Below are positions 9,419-20,182 of a stretch of DNA of 64,000 nt, piece by piece (position 1 is the stretch's first letter; every line of letters starts with the position of its first letter). Position numbers and translations under genes: made by a program. Origin of the DNA: Dehalococcoidia bacterium (GTDB taxonomy: Bacteria; Chloroflexota; Dehalococcoidia; GIF9; UBA5629); the NCBI GenBank assembly GCA_050011565.1, contig JBEKIW010000001.1, positions 64,207 through 128,206 of the forward strand, written 5' to 3'. The notes below the pieces were generated by a model that saw only the letters and a program-made list of their open reading frames with translations, searched no databases and was not told where the DNA came from.

Positions 9419-10171
9419 CTATTTTTTAAGACCAAATGTGTAAGAACAGGCTGCAATCATGGCTGTGGCAAATAATACCAATATGAGGAACTCGACATAA
9501 ATTGGTAGTAAGGAATCCGCCCCGCTGAAAGTAGCCCAGCGCAAGACATCTACTCCGTAAGTTAGCGGGTTTATATAGCTAAAGTCTCTCAGCCAGGCCG
9601 GAGCCGAGGTCAATGGGAACAAAGCTCCGCTGGTGAAGAACATAGGCATAATCACCAGGCTCATGATGAAATTAAAACCTTCGAGGCTGGTCATTAGCGA
9701 TGCCATAAGCAGCCCCACGGAGACCAGCCCAATGGAGATTAGAACCATAGTCGGGAGTAGTATCACGAAAGATATCGGCGACAGGTGAACACCGACCAGA
9801 AACGAAAGAGGCAGCAAAATGGTTCCCTGGATGAGGGCACTCGTTCCGCTGCCCAGAGCTTTACCGATTACGATTGCAGTGCGGGATACAGGCGCCACTA
9901 AAATCTCTTTGAGGAAGCCGAATTCCCTGTCCCAAATTACGGAAATCCCGGAAAATACAGAGGTGAAAAGAAGGGTCATGCCGAGAATGCCGGGAAATAT
10001 ATAGGTTTGGTAGGTTTGTGCACCGGGCACTTGTATACCGCGTAAGCCGCTGCCAAAAACTAAGAGCCAGAGCAAGGGTAATATAAGTGAGGAAACAATC
10101 CGTGACTTTTCACGCCAGTATCTGAGCACTTCCCGATGCCATAGTCCGTAAATTTTCCTGAGCTCGCTCAT
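9419..10171 (-). CDS. ABC-2 type transporter permease
   Basis: 250 aa, 6 predicted TM segments. 4-nt overlap with the upstream ATPase gene. Confidence 0.8.
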   Translation of the reverse strand: MSELRKIYGLWHREVLRYWREKSRIVSSLILPLLWLLVFGSGLRGIQVPGAQTYQTYIFPGILGMTLLFTSVFSGISVIWDREFGFLKEILVAPVSRTAIVIGKALGSGTSALIQGTILLPLSFLVGVHLSPISFVILLPTMVLISIGLVSVGLLMASLMTSLEGFNFIMSLVIMPMFFTSGALFPLTSAPAWLRDFSYINPLTYGVDVLRWATFSGADSLLPIYVEFLILVLFATAMIAACSYTFGLKK

Positions 10172-11160
10172 CTGCCCCCTCTTCTTCTCATAAACGTCCG
10201 GAATGATGGCTCGGCTTCTTCTTCTCTTATATCCCGGCCTGTATAGTAAAGGAATACGTCATTTAATGTCGGGTGGTGGATGGACACGGAACTGGCTTCC
10301 ACTCCAATCTCAGTGGCAATTTTAATTATTCTGGGTATGAGCTTTTCGGCATTGGGTACAGTCAATCTTAGGGAATCTTTGGAGGAGTCTATTTGGTGGG
10401 TGAGCCTGAGCTCGGTCAGTTTGGTGGCAAGTTTTTTAGGCTGGTTTGTAGTGATGGTTATGACATCACCTTTTAGAGCTGTCTTTAAATTGGCCGGTGT
10501 GTCGATGACCTTGATTTTTCCGTAGTCAATGATGGCTACCCGTTGGCAAAGCTGGTCGGCTTCCTCCATGTAATGGGTAGTGAGGATAATGGTGATTTCA
10601 GTGGTTCTGGCCAGGTTTTCAATGTATTCCCACAGATGCTCACGGGTTTGAGGGTCGAGCCCCAGTGTCGGCTCGTCAAGGAAGAGTACTTTGGGCTGAT
10701 GAAGCAAACCTCTGGCTAATTCCAATCGCCTTCTCATGCCGCCGGAATATGTTTTCATGGCGAAATCAGCTCTATCCTCTAATCCTACCAGGTTCAAAAC
10801 CTCCGTTATACGCTTTCTGGCCAGGTCTCCTGTAACGTCATACAGGCAAGCATGAAGCTGTAAGTTTTCCCTGCCAGTTAGGCGGTCGTCTATGCTCGGG
10901 TCCTGAAAAACGATACCTATGCTGCGTCTGACCTTTGATGACTGCTTCAGTATGTCAAAACCATTGACCCTGGCGGTGCCAGAGGAGGGGCTCACTATAG
11001 TGCAAAGCATAGAGATTATGGTTGTTTTACCGGCGCCGTTGGGGCCGAGCAGTCCGAATACCTCACCGTGGTCTATGGTAAGGTTTAGCTTATCGACGGC
11101 GGTAAGCTCACCATATTTCTTGGTTAAATCCCTGGTTTCTATGGCAGTTTTTTGTTCCAT
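10168..11160 (-). CDS. ABC transporter ATP-binding protein (DrrA-like exporter ATPase)
   Basis: Walker A GPNGAGKTT, signature YSGGMRRRLELA, Walker B LFLDEPT. Confidence 0.9.
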   Translation of the reverse strand: MEQKTAIETRDLTKKYGELTAVDKLNLTIDHGEVFGLLGPNGAGKTTIISMLCTIVSPSSGTARVNGFDILKQSSKVRRSIGIVFQDPSIDDRLTGRENLQLHACLYDVTGDLARKRITEVLNLVGLEDRADFAMKTYSGGMRRRLELARGLLHQPKVLFLDEPTLGLDPQTREHLWEYIENLARTTEITIILTTHYMEEADQLCQRVAIIDYGKIKVIDTPANLKTALKGDVITITTNQPKKLATKLTELRLTHQIDSSKDSLRLTVPNAEKLIPRIIKIATEIGVEASSVSIHHPTLNDVFLYYTGRDIREEEAEPSFRTFMRRRGGR

Positions 11161-11290
11161 GGTTTTACTAAAGTCTTTGAATGTTCTAGAGCGATTTGCG
11201 AGATGGGCTGTTACCCGGCGGTAATGCGGTTGGTTGTCACTTCGCTTTCGTATTATGCAATTTAGCGTAACATTTCATTAATAATTTTGC

Positions 11291-12532
11291 CTAGTCGATT
11301 CCAGGTGCTGGAAAACGGCTGCATATATCGGCAACTTGTCCGGATATTTCCTTTTGTATCTTTTTGTCCTTGGGGTCGGAGAGCACCTTAATAATGAAAG
11401 AGGCAATCTGCTTCATTTCCCTGGGGCCGAAGCCTCTGGTGGTTATGGCTGGTGTGCCCAGTCTGATGCCGCTGGTTATCTGCGGCGACCTGGGGTCTGA
11501 AGGTATAGAGTTCCTGTTAACCAAAATTCCAGAGGCTTCAAGTGCTTCCTGTGCGGTAATACCGGTTATGCCGGTGGAGGTGAGGTCAACGAGGATGAGG
11601 TGGTTGTCGGTGCCGCCTGATACCAGACGTAAACCGTCCTTCTGAAGTTCAGCGGCCAGAACCCTAGCATTCTCCAGGACGGCTTTCTGGTAGGTGACGA
11701 ATTCAGGTTGCATGGCTTCAAAGAAGGCTATGGCTTTGGCTGCGATGGCGTGCATCAGTGGTCCGCCCTGCATCGTAGGGAAAACAGCGGCATCTATTTT
11801 GGCAGCCAGGTCTTCTTTACATAAAATAAAACCACTTCGAGGACCGCGCAGGGTCTTGTGAGTCGAGGAGGTCACAATTTGTGCATGGGGTACCGGAGAA
11901 GGATGTAATTTAGCAGCTACTAATCCCGCCAGATGCGCCATATCCGCCACGAGCTGAGCACCGGCGGCGTCGGCTATCCTGCGGAAGCGGGGGAAGTCAA
12001 TGATTCGAGGATAGGCGCTGGCACCACAGACTATAAGCTTTGGCTTGTGCTTTACAGCTAGTTTCTCTATGTTGTCGTAATCGAGCCTTTCAGTTTTCGG
12101 GTCGAGTCCATAGGGCACAAAGTTATACCATTTGCCCGAGAAATTAGCCGGAGCACCGTGAGTCAGATGACCGCCATGACTTAAACTCATTCCCATAACG
12201 GTATCACCGGGCTCAAGACAGGCGAAATAAGCCGCCATATTTGCCTGGCTGCCGCTGTGGGGCTGGACGTTTGCGTGCTGGGCGTTGAACAGTTTCTTGG
12301 CTCGCTCGATTGCCAGGCTTTCGATAGCATCTACATTGGGGCAGCCGGCATAATAGCGGCGATGCGGGTAACCTTCGGCATATTTGTTGGTTAGTATAGA
12401 GCCTTGAGCCTCGAGCACCGCTCGGCTGGCGTAATTTTCGGCGGCAATAAGATTTATGGTCTCCTTTTGCCGCCTAGCTTCTAGCTTAAGAAATCGCGCG
12501 ATTTCGGTATCTTGTTTGGAATTAACGGACAA
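11291..12532 (-). CDS. glyA: serine hydroxymethyltransferase
   Basis: 413 aa. PLP-lysine region [10 protein letters not shown]. Confidence 0.97.
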   Translation of the reverse strand: MSVNSKQDTEIARFLKLEARRQKETINLIAAENYASRAVLEAQGSILTNKYAEGYPHRRYYAGCPNVDAIESLAIERAKKLFNAQHANVQPHSGSQANMAAYFACLEPGDTVMGMSLSHGGHLTHGAPANFSGKWYNFVPYGLDPKTERLDYDNIEKLAVKHKPKLIVCGASAYPRIIDFPRFRRIADAAGAQLVADMAHLAGLVAAKLHPSPVPHAQIVTSSTHKTLRGPRSGFILCKEDLAAKIDAAVFPTMQGGPLMHAIAAKAIAFFEAMQPEFVTYQKAVLENARVLAAELQKDGLRLVSGGTDNHLILVDLTSTGITGITAQEALEASGILVNRNSIPSDPRSPQITSGIRLGTPAITTRGFGPREMKQIASFIIKVLSDPKDKKIQKEISGQVADICSRFPAPGID

Positions 12533-12659
12533 TCTGAGTCTCCAGAAGATTTAGAGAATGATACCACCACCTTCAAATCAGGTCAACAATTTACGTTTTT
12601 ACCAGGGCGTGGCTAGAAAAATGACTATTGAGGATAGCTACAAACTTGCCACATCCGGC

Positions 12660-14195
12660 CTAATCCATTGGGGTGGCTGCTTGAGTGCCCTGCTGCCGGC
12701 CGAATGGAAGGAAAAAAGCCGGTATTACGCCAATTGAAATGATTGCCGCGGCGATAATATATTCCGTCTGAAAAGCAGAAACCGCGGCTCTCGCACTAGC
12801 TAATAGATAGAGCAGGTAGACCGCTGTCTGCCTGGCTGCTTCCAATGTCTGGCCTGCCTGCATAAGTATGACTTGTACCATTGAAATAAAATGCATGGTC
12901 TCGGAAGAACTGGGAGTAAGTGTCTGCGAGATGAGGGCGAGGTTTGTTTTCTGGAGATTGGTAAGGATGGTAGCAAAGATGGCAATGCCCAGTGAGGCGA
13001 AGACGGTCCGGCTTACGTTCATGATTGACGAGGCTTGTGCCGTCATTTTCTGCTCTACTGAGGCTAAGGCATAGGTCATTACAGGCATCATGGCCAGCCC
13101 TATTCCCATACTCCTGACGAAAAGCATCAACCTTAGCAGATTGTCTGGAGTGGTAACATCTACCGTACGCATCCAATAAGTTGCGGCACCCACGACAATT
13201 AGCCCGGCCACAACCGGTATCTTGGGACCTATCCTATCATAAAGACGTCCGGCTAGCGGCATGGTAACAATAGCGCCAAATACAGCAGGAAGCATCAGTA
13301 TGCCTGTTTCCAATGCTGTCAGACCCCGAACATTCTGTAGAAAGAGTGGTAACAGAAAAGTAATTGAATAAAGGCCTATTGTAGTTACGAAATTTAATCC
13401 TGTGGCCATCGAGAAGCCGCGGTTTTTAAATATACGAAGGTCAAGCATGGGCTGGGCTGACCGCAGTTCCATAACAATCCAGACAATGAGGCTGAGAGTG
13501 CCCAGGACCAACAACCCCATGATACGTACATCATCCCACCCCCAGGTAGGAGCATAAGAAAGAGCATAAAGTACTGAACTGAATCCCGTAGCTGCCAGTG
13601 CGAATCCTTTAAAATCGAAGCCTGCCGGCATAGTTGGCGTCTCCCGAATCCAGGTGAAACCCAGTAGGATGGCTACAAGCACTACCGGCACGTTCACATA
13701 GAAACACATACGCCAGGACCAATCGGTTACCAGATAGCCGCCGAGGGTTGGACCTATGGCGGGACCAAGCATCATAGGGATACCAAAAATTGCCATAGCT
13801 GTGCCACGCTGTTGAGGCGGCACATTGAGAAAAAGCAGAGTCATGGCTGTCGGAGTGAGAAGCCCACCGGCCAGACCCTGTAATATGCGGAATATTATCA
13901 GCGAGTCGGCGTTCCAGGAAATACCGCATAATATCGACCCAAGAAGGAAACTTGCCTGGCTAAATATGAAAACCCTTTTGGTGCCGAAACGGTTACACAG
14001 GAAGGCTGCCGCCGGCGTAGTAATTGCTGTCGCCATTAAATACGCGGAAATAACAAGCTGGGCATGGTCTGTAGGAACATTGAAGACGGCCATAATGTGC
14101 GGCAAGGCAATGTTCATTATTGTCTGGTCGAGGATGACCATGAAGGTGCCAGCTATGGCAGCCAGTAAGATTTTCCATTCAGTCGTCTGGGGCAT
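12660..14195 (-). CDS. MFS transporter, DHA2 (EmrB/QacA-like, 14 TMS) drug efflux pump
   Basis: 511 aa. Typical DHA2 length and motif LDQTIMNIALP. Confidence 0.88.
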   Translation of the reverse strand: MPQTTEWKILLAAIAGTFMVILDQTIMNIALPHIMAVFNVPTDHAQLVISAYLMATAITTPAAAFLCNRFGTKRVFIFSQASFLLGSILCGISWNADSLIIFRILQGLAGGLLTPTAMTLLFLNVPPQQRGTAMAIFGIPMMLGPAIGPTLGGYLVTDWSWRMCFYVNVPVVLVAILLGFTWIRETPTMPAGFDFKGFALAATGFSSVLYALSYAPTWGWDDVRIMGLLVLGTLSLIVWIVMELRSAQPMLDLRIFKNRGFSMATGLNFVTTIGLYSITFLLPLFLQNVRGLTALETGILMLPAVFGAIVTMPLAGRLYDRIGPKIPVVAGLIVVGAATYWMRTVDVTTPDNLLRLMLFVRSMGIGLAMMPVMTYALASVEQKMTAQASSIMNVSRTVFASLGIAIFATILTNLQKTNLALISQTLTPSSSETMHFISMVQVILMQAGQTLEAARQTAVYLLYLLASARAAVSAFQTEYIIAAAIISIGVIPAFFLPFGRQQGTQAATPMD

Positions 14196-14212
14196 GGTGC
14201 TTTCTTATTCGG

Positions 14213-14935
14213 CTACTTTATAGCTATCTTTACTTCTACAGAAGTGCCTGGAATTAGAATGTACCTTCCCGGGTTCTCAATGGTAATTTTTACAGGTACC
14301 ACCTGAGCCACTTTGATAAAGTTAGCCGTGGTGTTGTTCTGGGGTATAAGTGAGAATGTGCCAGCGGTAGCCGCTGCGATACCTTCCACGTGACCTTGCA
14401 AAACGGCACCACCAAGGCTGTCAATGGTAATCTGTACTTCTTGCCCCGGCTTGAGCCGGTAAATATCTCCCTCAGTTATATTAGCTAATACCCATGTCTC
14501 CGAGATGTCGTACACCGTTACTATCGGTTGACCCGGACTGACTACCGCGCCGGGATAAGTCCAGACAGCAGCCACATACCCGTTCACCGGGGATTCAATA
14601 TTGCTGCGACCTATCGGAATGTCTTTCAATCCCTGCATGGTAATTGGATTATCCGACCGAGGTGTACCGACGATGGCGATTCTCTGTCCCTTTTCCACAT
14701 AGCTGCCATAATCAGCATCAAGGCTGATTATCTGACATGGTGCCAGTGACCCAACAGATATCAGCGGCGCCGATATATTTGCGTTGCTGGTACTTACATA
14801 TTTGTAGTTCTGATACCAGAGATTAGCTCCGATAGCAGCGGCTCCAATAACAAAGAGGCAGGCAGTAAAGAAAATAATCTTGCCTGTCCTGGATGAGAGC
14901 ATTGATTTCATTCTGTCGCTGAATTTATTTGCCAT
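14213..14935 (-). CDS. HlyD-family secretion/membrane fusion protein (short, no coiled coil)
   Basis: N-terminal TM anchor, biotin-lipoyl-like and beta-barrel segments. Confidence 0.72.
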   Translation of the reverse strand: MANKFSDRMKSMLSSRTGKIIFFTACLFVIGAAAIGANLWYQNYKYVSTSNANISAPLISVGSLAPCQIISLDADYGSYVEKGQRIAIVGTPRSDNPITMQGLKDIPIGRSNIESPVNGYVAAVWTYPGAVVSPGQPIVTVYDISETWVLANITEGDIYRLKPGQEVQITIDSLGGAVLQGHVEGIAAATAGTFSLIPQNNTTANFIKVAQVVPVKITIENPGRYILIPGTSVEVKIAIK

Positions 14936-14964
14936 AACACATGCCTCCGAAGTAGTCGCAGTCG

Positions 14965-16644
14965 TTAGTTAGCGCCATTAAGTGACCTGGCGGGCGTGTT
15001 ACCTGTTTCCAGTAATACTTTCTCACCTTCGTTTAAGCCTGATAAAATTTCAGCCTGAGTCCGACTTTGCAAGCCGACTTGCACCTGACGTTGCTCTATC
15101 TGACCTGTCTTGTCTTCTTTAATCACGTATACCCAACTCTCAGTTCCCTGTACATGTAAAGCACTGTTGGGTATAAGCAGAACATCTTTATGCTCATCGA
15201 CCAGTATTTCGGCCGTAGCGGTTAGCCCTCCCGTTAAGTATGGAGCCGCCTCAGGGTTGAGTACTATCTCAACATTATAAGTAGCAATGCCGGTCTGTAG
15301 TGTGCCGTACGGTGAAACGAATTGTACCAGTCCGGCGAAAGTCTTACCGGGAAACGCATCAATAAGAACCGTTGCTTCCTGGCCTTTGGATACTCGGCCC
15401 ACGTCGATTTCATCGATTATGCCGGTCATACTGACTGCACGCGTATCGGCGAGCTTCAGTACATATGTATCGATAGGCAACCCGGTTACAGAGTATCTCT
15501 GGGTAATCATGTCTCCTTCGTGTAAATTTATATCTACAACCTGTCCGTCAAATGGTGCCAGCAGCTCAGTCTTGAGCAGCGCCTGTTTGGCACGGTCGAG
15601 GTTGATTAGTGCAGTCTGGATGCTGATACTGTAATCGCGCTGCGCCTTCAGGTTTAGTCCCTGGCGATAGGTGGAAACATTTTCTTGCAGTACCTTATCT
15701 CCAAGCTCAAGGTCATGCATAACGATTTGAAGTGTCTCATTCAACTTTAGGGCGTCAAAATCTTTGGCAGTGGCCATTTGTTTTGCCTCTTCAAGTTCAG
15801 TCAGTGCTTCATTGATAATAGTGAAGCTGGTGCAGGTATCAGGGCAGGAATATGCTCCCGGTGAATGAGTAATCCGTTTAACTATGGACTGTGTATCAGC
15901 CATATCCCTTAATAACGATTCCAGCATCTTGCTTGCCTGGCTATAATTGCCCCCGCCAATTTGTTCCTGGATTGCGGAGATATTATCAACCTCATTAGTC
16001 AGTTTCAAAATAGCAGTATCCACATCGTGGTTTGACACCATTTGTTCCGTGAACTCGTTGAGCTCGCTTCTAAGGTTGCGATATTCAGGGTTAATATACA
16101 CATTTTTAGCAGCGTCGATATCATATTTGGCCATTGCTATTTGGGAAGCTGCCGGCTCGAATTCACCTTCAGCCAGTAAGGTCTGCGCTTGCTGGATTTC
16201 ACCTGTAGCGAATTCAAACCGGTATAAAGCTATTGCGTCACTGTAAAAAGAAGGCGCTCGCGTGCCACCACAGCAGACCGTCTGCACCACGTTGTTTATT
16301 GCCAGTTCCAGCGCATACTGTGCGGATTCTGTTGACATTCTCTGAGTAGCATCATCCAATTTGGCAAGTAAAGCTCCGGCTTTAACCAAATCGCCTTTCT
16401 TAACATATATCTTTTCAATTCTGGCGCTGTAAGGAGGCGTGAACATGGTGGCATCGAAATAAATATTGACTGCATCTGGCATCTCAATATATCCGTTCGC
16501 CTCTACCTTTACTTCGAGGTCACCTCTTTTAACCGTAGCTACTGTTTGCATTTCAGTGATGGGTTGATTGGAGGTACAACTGGTCAGTGAGATTGCTATG
16601 AGCAGCAGGGTAGATAAAATGACGCTATATGTTTTTTTACTCAT
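14965..16644 (-). CDS. efflux transporter periplasmic adaptor (HlyD/EmrA-like) lipoprotein with long coiled coil
   Basis: Lipobox LTSC. Long alpha-helical hairpin, then C-terminal lipoyl/beta-barrel/MP domains (LKTELLAPFDGQVVDINLHEGD...). Confidence 0.75.
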   Translation of the reverse strand: MSKKTYSVILSTLLLIAISLTSCTSNQPITEMQTVATVKRGDLEVKVEANGYIEMPDAVNIYFDATMFTPPYSARIEKIYVKKGDLVKAGALLAKLDDATQRMSTESAQYALELAINNVVQTVCCGGTRAPSFYSDAIALYRFEFATGEIQQAQTLLAEGEFEPAASQIAMAKYDIDAAKNVYINPEYRNLRSELNEFTEQMVSNHDVDTAILKLTNEVDNISAIQEQIGGGNYSQASKMLESLLRDMADTQSIVKRITHSPGAYSCPDTCTSFTIINEALTELEEAKQMATAKDFDALKLNETLQIVMHDLELGDKVLQENVSTYRQGLNLKAQRDYSISIQTALINLDRAKQALLKTELLAPFDGQVVDINLHEGDMITQRYSVTGLPIDTYVLKLADTRAVSMTGIIDEIDVGRVSKGQEATVLIDAFPGKTFAGLVQFVSPYGTLQTGIATYNVEIVLNPEAAPYLTGGLTATAEILVDEHKDVLLIPNSALHVQGTESWVYVIKEDKTGQIEQRQVQVGLQSRTQAEILSGLNEGEKVLLETGNTPARSLNGAN

Positions 16645-16714
16645 CTCTTATAACTCCTGGGACGTAATCCGATATACTTCCGTTTTTACACTCCAAAATA
16701 GTATTGCTGGGCAT

Positions 16715-17170
16715 TCATCTGAGTTTTTCTCCTCGTTGGAGCTCGGCAGCCCTGACCAATGAGCCGAGACCTTGCGCTATATTTGCGAGTTCTTCCGTAC
16801 TAAGACGAGTCAGCATGCGGTACAAATGGGTGGTCTTATTCTCTCTCAGCTTAGCCAGCAGAGACTTTCCCTTTTTTGTCGCTTGTAAAAGCTGCATACG
16901 ACGGTCTTCAGGGTTTTCCCGACGACTTACCAGTCCCTGTTTAACCAGGCGGTCGACTATTCTGGTTACGTCAGGCGGAGTCACGCCGAGAGCAGTTGCC
17001 AGCTTTCTGAAATTCGTGCTATCTTCAGAATCAATGAAGAACAAGCTTTTCAACTGTCCGATAGTCAAGTTTAGGCCCATCCAGGCCTCGGGTGCGTATT
17101 GCCCCATAGCATGGCTCATTTGCTGGAGTCGGATGATTTCTTCGGTTAGCTCTGCTCTACTTGCTGTCAA
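16715..17170 (-). CDS. MarR-family transcriptional regulator
   Basis: 151 aa winged HTH. First gene of the marR-MFP-MFP-MFS operon. Confidence 0.85.
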   Translation of the reverse strand: MTASRAELTEEIIRLQQMSHAMGQYAPEAWMGLNLTIGQLKSLFFIDSEDSTNFRKLATALGVTPPDVTRIVDRLVKQGLVSRRENPEDRRMQLLQATKKGKSLLAKLRENKTTHLYRMLTRLSTEELANIAQGLGSLVRAAELQRGEKLR

Positions 17171-17183
17171 GTGCGTCTGCTCC

Positions 17184-17206
17184 GAATGTTTTAAATAAAA
17201 ACATTC
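17184..17206. promoter_or_regulatory. perfect 9-5-9 palindrome GAATGTTTT-AAATA-AAAACATTC immediately upstream of the marR start; candidate MarR operator
   Basis: Read directly. 14 bp upstream of the marR start codon (minus strand). Confidence 0.4.
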
Positions 17207-17386
17207 ACATCTAATTAATAGTTTAGAATATGTTATCTAAAATATCAACATTTAACTTGTGAATGGCAGAATAGAGTACAGCCTTGCTAAAATATTGAGG
17301 CTTGTATATACTTTGGCTAGTTTGCTTGAGTTGTTGCGGTCGGCGATAGGAACACAATTTGCCGGCTTTGCTAACCGGGCTAGTAC

Positions 17387-17758
17387 ATGAAACAGCGAAT
17401 CATAGCCATCACATTAGTTCTGCCTTTACTCATTGCTTATTTTGGCTGTGCCAATCAAGGTGAGCTTTCAGGGGAACTGAAAATACTGAGCCAGAGTATG
17501 ACTGTGCATGAGTTCACGGGAGGTGCACCTCAAAGCACGGCTGTAGTTCGTGGCAGAGCTCAGAATGTTGGCAGTGCCACCATAGGGTCTGCCATGATAG
17601 CAGTTAATTTCTATGACAAAAATGAGAATCTTTTAGCCACTGCTTCAGCAGTTAAGCAGAATCTGCAGCCAGGCGAGACGTGGGACTTTAGCGTTCAAAC
17701 TGTCGGTCCCGACGCCTGGAAGATAGTAAGCTATGATATTGCAGCCAGCATGAAATAA
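17387..17758 (+). CDS. small secreted/lipoprotein of unknown function
   Basis: Signal peptide with lipobox-like FGCAN. 123 aa. Confidence 0.5.
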   Translation: MKQRIIAITLVLPLLIAYFGCANQGELSGELKILSQSMTVHEFTGGAPQSTAVVRGRAQNVGSATIGSAMIAVNFYDKNENLLATASAVKQNLQPGETWDFSVQTVGPDAWKIVSYDIAASMK

Positions 17759-17844
17759 CGGTTATGGCGAGAATTGCAAATTTGTGACCTAGTTGTAGAC
17801 AATGCCGGGTTCTAATATAATTTTGTAGAAGGAGGCAAAGGAAG

Positions 17845-18999
17845 ATGAGATTTTCTAGGAGTGCTTTCGGAATAGTCTTGGTTGTACTGGCTGTTATGAC
17901 AATGCTGTGGGGTGCTTGTGCAAAAGAGTCACCGCCACCACCGGTGACAACACCGGTACCGACCGGCAATCAGCCGCCAGTCATCTCAAGCCTGCTCGCA
18001 CAAAACCAGCAGCTTTACCCTTCGGGCACCACTGAGATTCAGTGCATTGCCCAGGATGCAGATGGTGACAGGCTGGATTTCAAATGGGCAGCCACAGGTG
18101 GTAATTTTAGCGGTGCTGGTGCTATCGTCATCTGGCAAGCTCCGCCAAACTATGGCACGTATACCGTGACGGTCACTGTTGACGACGGTAAAGGCGGCTC
18201 CATGCAGGCTAGTTTACCTGTAACGGTTGGTGCTAATCAATCGCCGGCAATCTCTGAATTAGTAGCCAATCCGTCTGGAATACTGTATGGAGGCAGCACG
18301 ACGCTAACCTGTATGGCCACTGACCCTGACGGAGACGTGGTGCGTTATAGCTGGTCGTCTAGCGAGGGAAGTATCACTGGAGTGGGTAACAAGGTAACCT
18401 GGATAGCACCTAGCAAGGGTGGAAACTACAACGTCACAGTAGTTGTCAGCGATGGCAAAGGCGGCGAAACTAGAGGCGATGTGATGGTTACAGTATCAGC
18501 GGCGGTGAGGACAGTAACTATCACGCCGGTGGCTGAAGAGACTGGTACGGTAGACTCTGGTGGTGATAAAGATAATTCCCGCACCATGGCTGGAGATGAT
18601 GATAAAAATATTGGCTATCATGCCTTCTGGAGCTTCAATGTTTGGAATCTGGCAGGGAAAAACATACAAAACGCAACTCTGAGGCTCACTACAAGGAGTA
18701 TAGCTGGTGACCCGTTCCCGAGCGCTACCGGACTTGCTGGGCTGCGATTCTGGAAGGTCTCATACGGTGACAAGCTTCCGAATTTCAATTTTACTGGCAG
18801 CAATCTGATAAATGTAACCCTGCAGACCAGGCAACCGACATCATTAGATGTAACTCAAGAAATAGCCAATGTCGCTGCTGCAGCTTCTACCCGCTTTCAG
18901 GTAGAAGCCCTGTTTATGAAAGTGACTAACGGGAATAATGTTGCTGAATTTATTGAGTGGTCGGAAGCTGTCCTTGAGGTCACCTATTCTGATAAATAG
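17845..18999 (+). CDS. secreted protein with two tandem Ig-like/PKD-like repeats (D-x-DGD motifs)
   Basis: Signal peptide. Two ~95-aa repeats (IQCIAQDADGDRLDFKW... / LTCMATDPDGDVVRYSW...). Confidence 0.6.
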   Translation: MRFSRSAFGIVLVVLAVMTMLWGACAKESPPPPVTTPVPTGNQPPVISSLLAQNQQLYPSGTTEIQCIAQDADGDRLDFKWAATGGNFSGAGAIVIWQAPPNYGTYTVTVTVDDGKGGSMQASLPVTVGANQSPAISELVANPSGILYGGSTTLTCMATDPDGDVVRYSWSSSEGSITGVGNKVTWIAPSKGGNYNVTVVVSDGKGGETRGDVMVTVSAAVRTVTITPVAEETGTVDSGGDKDNSRTMAGDDDKNIGYHAFWSFNVWNLAGKNIQNATLRLTTRSIAGDPFPSATGLAGLRFWKVSYGDKLPNFNFTGSNLINVTLQTRQPTSLDVTQEIANVAAAASTRFQVEALFMKVTNGNNVAEFIEWSEAVLEVTYSDK

Positions 19000-19025
19000 C
19001 ACCAAGTCCTTTGATGACTGATTTT

Positions 19026-19057
19026 GTAAGGCGGCCGTAAGGCCGCCTTACTTGTTT
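19026..19057 (+). terminator. candidate intrinsic terminator hairpin (gtaaggcggcc gtaa ggccgccttac) with a weak T tract
   Basis: GC-rich perfect stem 27 nt after the stop of the 17845..18999 gene. Confidence 0.45.
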
Positions 19058-19104
19058 CCTAATTGATTTTGACATATTGTTAATATAGTGGTAAATTATA
19101 GTAG

Positions 19105-19131
19105 TTAGCAGTCTTGGAGGGAGAGTGCTAA
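19105..19131 (+). promoter_or_regulatory. CIRCE operator (TTAGCAGTC-N9-GAGTGCTAA) upstream of hrcA
   Basis: Matches CIRCE consensus TTAGCACTC-N9-GAGTGCTAA with one mismatch. The RBS GGAGGGA lies in the spacer. The hrcA ATG follows at 19134. Confidence 0.85.
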
Positions 19132-19133
19132 AA

Positions 19134-20165
19134 ATGTTGAAAGGTTTAACTGCAAGAAGAGAAGCTGTTCTGAAAATAATAGTCAGCGAATATATTGATA
19201 CAGCGGTGCCGGTAGCTTCGGAAACTATTTTTCGTAATTACAAACTGGGTGTAAGTCCGGCAACGATTCGTAACGATATGGCGTATCTTGAAGAGGAAGG
19301 CTATATTGCCCGGCCTCATACCTCTGCAGGCAGCGTGCCTTTGGATAAAGGGTACCGTCATTACGTCGAATCGTTGACCAGAAAAACTGAGCTTGACCAG
19401 CGGGAGCAAGATCGAATTCGAAAACTTTTCCGCGAGGTGGAAAAGGAATTTGAGAAATGGTTGAAGCTGGCAGCGGCTATCGCGGCAAGCCTGGTCAAAA
19501 ATGCGGCTTTGGTTACCTTGCCCAAGCTGAGACAGTGCCGGTTTAAACACTTAGAGTTAGTAGCCTTGCAGGAGTTTATGGCCTTAATGGTTTTGGTCCT
19601 AGGCGAGGCGATATTAAAGCGGCAACTTTTGTCCTTCGAGGAACCGGTAACGCAAGAGCGGCTGACAATTATGTCTAATAAGTTGAACACCGTTTTTTCC
19701 GGATTAACGAGTTCCGAGATTTCGGATAAGAAGTTGGAGCTTCCTTCGGATGAGGCGCAAGTGACTGAAGCCGTGATTGATATGATGTCCGCCGAAGACG
19801 AACTGGAATACGAGCAGCCTTATCTTGAAGGGCTGCGCTTAATGCTGGGGCAACCCGAGTTTGCTGAAAAAGACAGGATGTTAAGCATTATGGAATTGAT
19901 GGAGACGAAAAATTGGCTTAGCACGGCTTTCGGTCCGCGGTCAGACGATTTTGGAGTTCAAGTAGTAATCGGTGAAGAGAATCGAAATGAGACATTGCGT
20001 GATTTGAGCCTGGTTTTCCGCCGCTATGGTATCCCCGACCAGATAGGCGGTACCATTGGCATAATCGGTCCTACACGTATGAATTATCGCCGAGCTATTT
20101 CTACAGTGGACTACATATCGGGGATATTGAGCGATTTAGTGGCCGGTGTTAGCCGCAGCGACTGA
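19134..20165 (+). CDS. hrcA: heat-inducible transcription repressor HrcA
   Basis: N-terminal winged HTH (VSEYIDTAVPVASETI...ATIRNDMAYLEEEGYI). Track start 19125 is a GTG inside CIRCE; ATG at 19134 preferred. Confidence 0.92.
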   Translation: MLKGLTARREAVLKIIVSEYIDTAVPVASETIFRNYKLGVSPATIRNDMAYLEEEGYIARPHTSAGSVPLDKGYRHYVESLTRKTELDQREQDRIRKLFREVEKEFEKWLKLAAAIAASLVKNAALVTLPKLRQCRFKHLELVALQEFMALMVLVLGEAILKRQLLSFEEPVTQERLTIMSNKLNTVFSGLTSSEISDKKLELPSDEAQVTEAVIDMMSAEDELEYEQPYLEGLRLMLGQPEFAEKDRMLSIMELMETKNWLSTAFGPRSDDFGVQVVIGEENRNETLRDLSLVFRRYGIPDQIGGTIGIIGPTRMNYRRAISTVDYISGILSDLVAGVSRSD

Positions 20166-20182
20166 AATTTATATAGGAGGCT

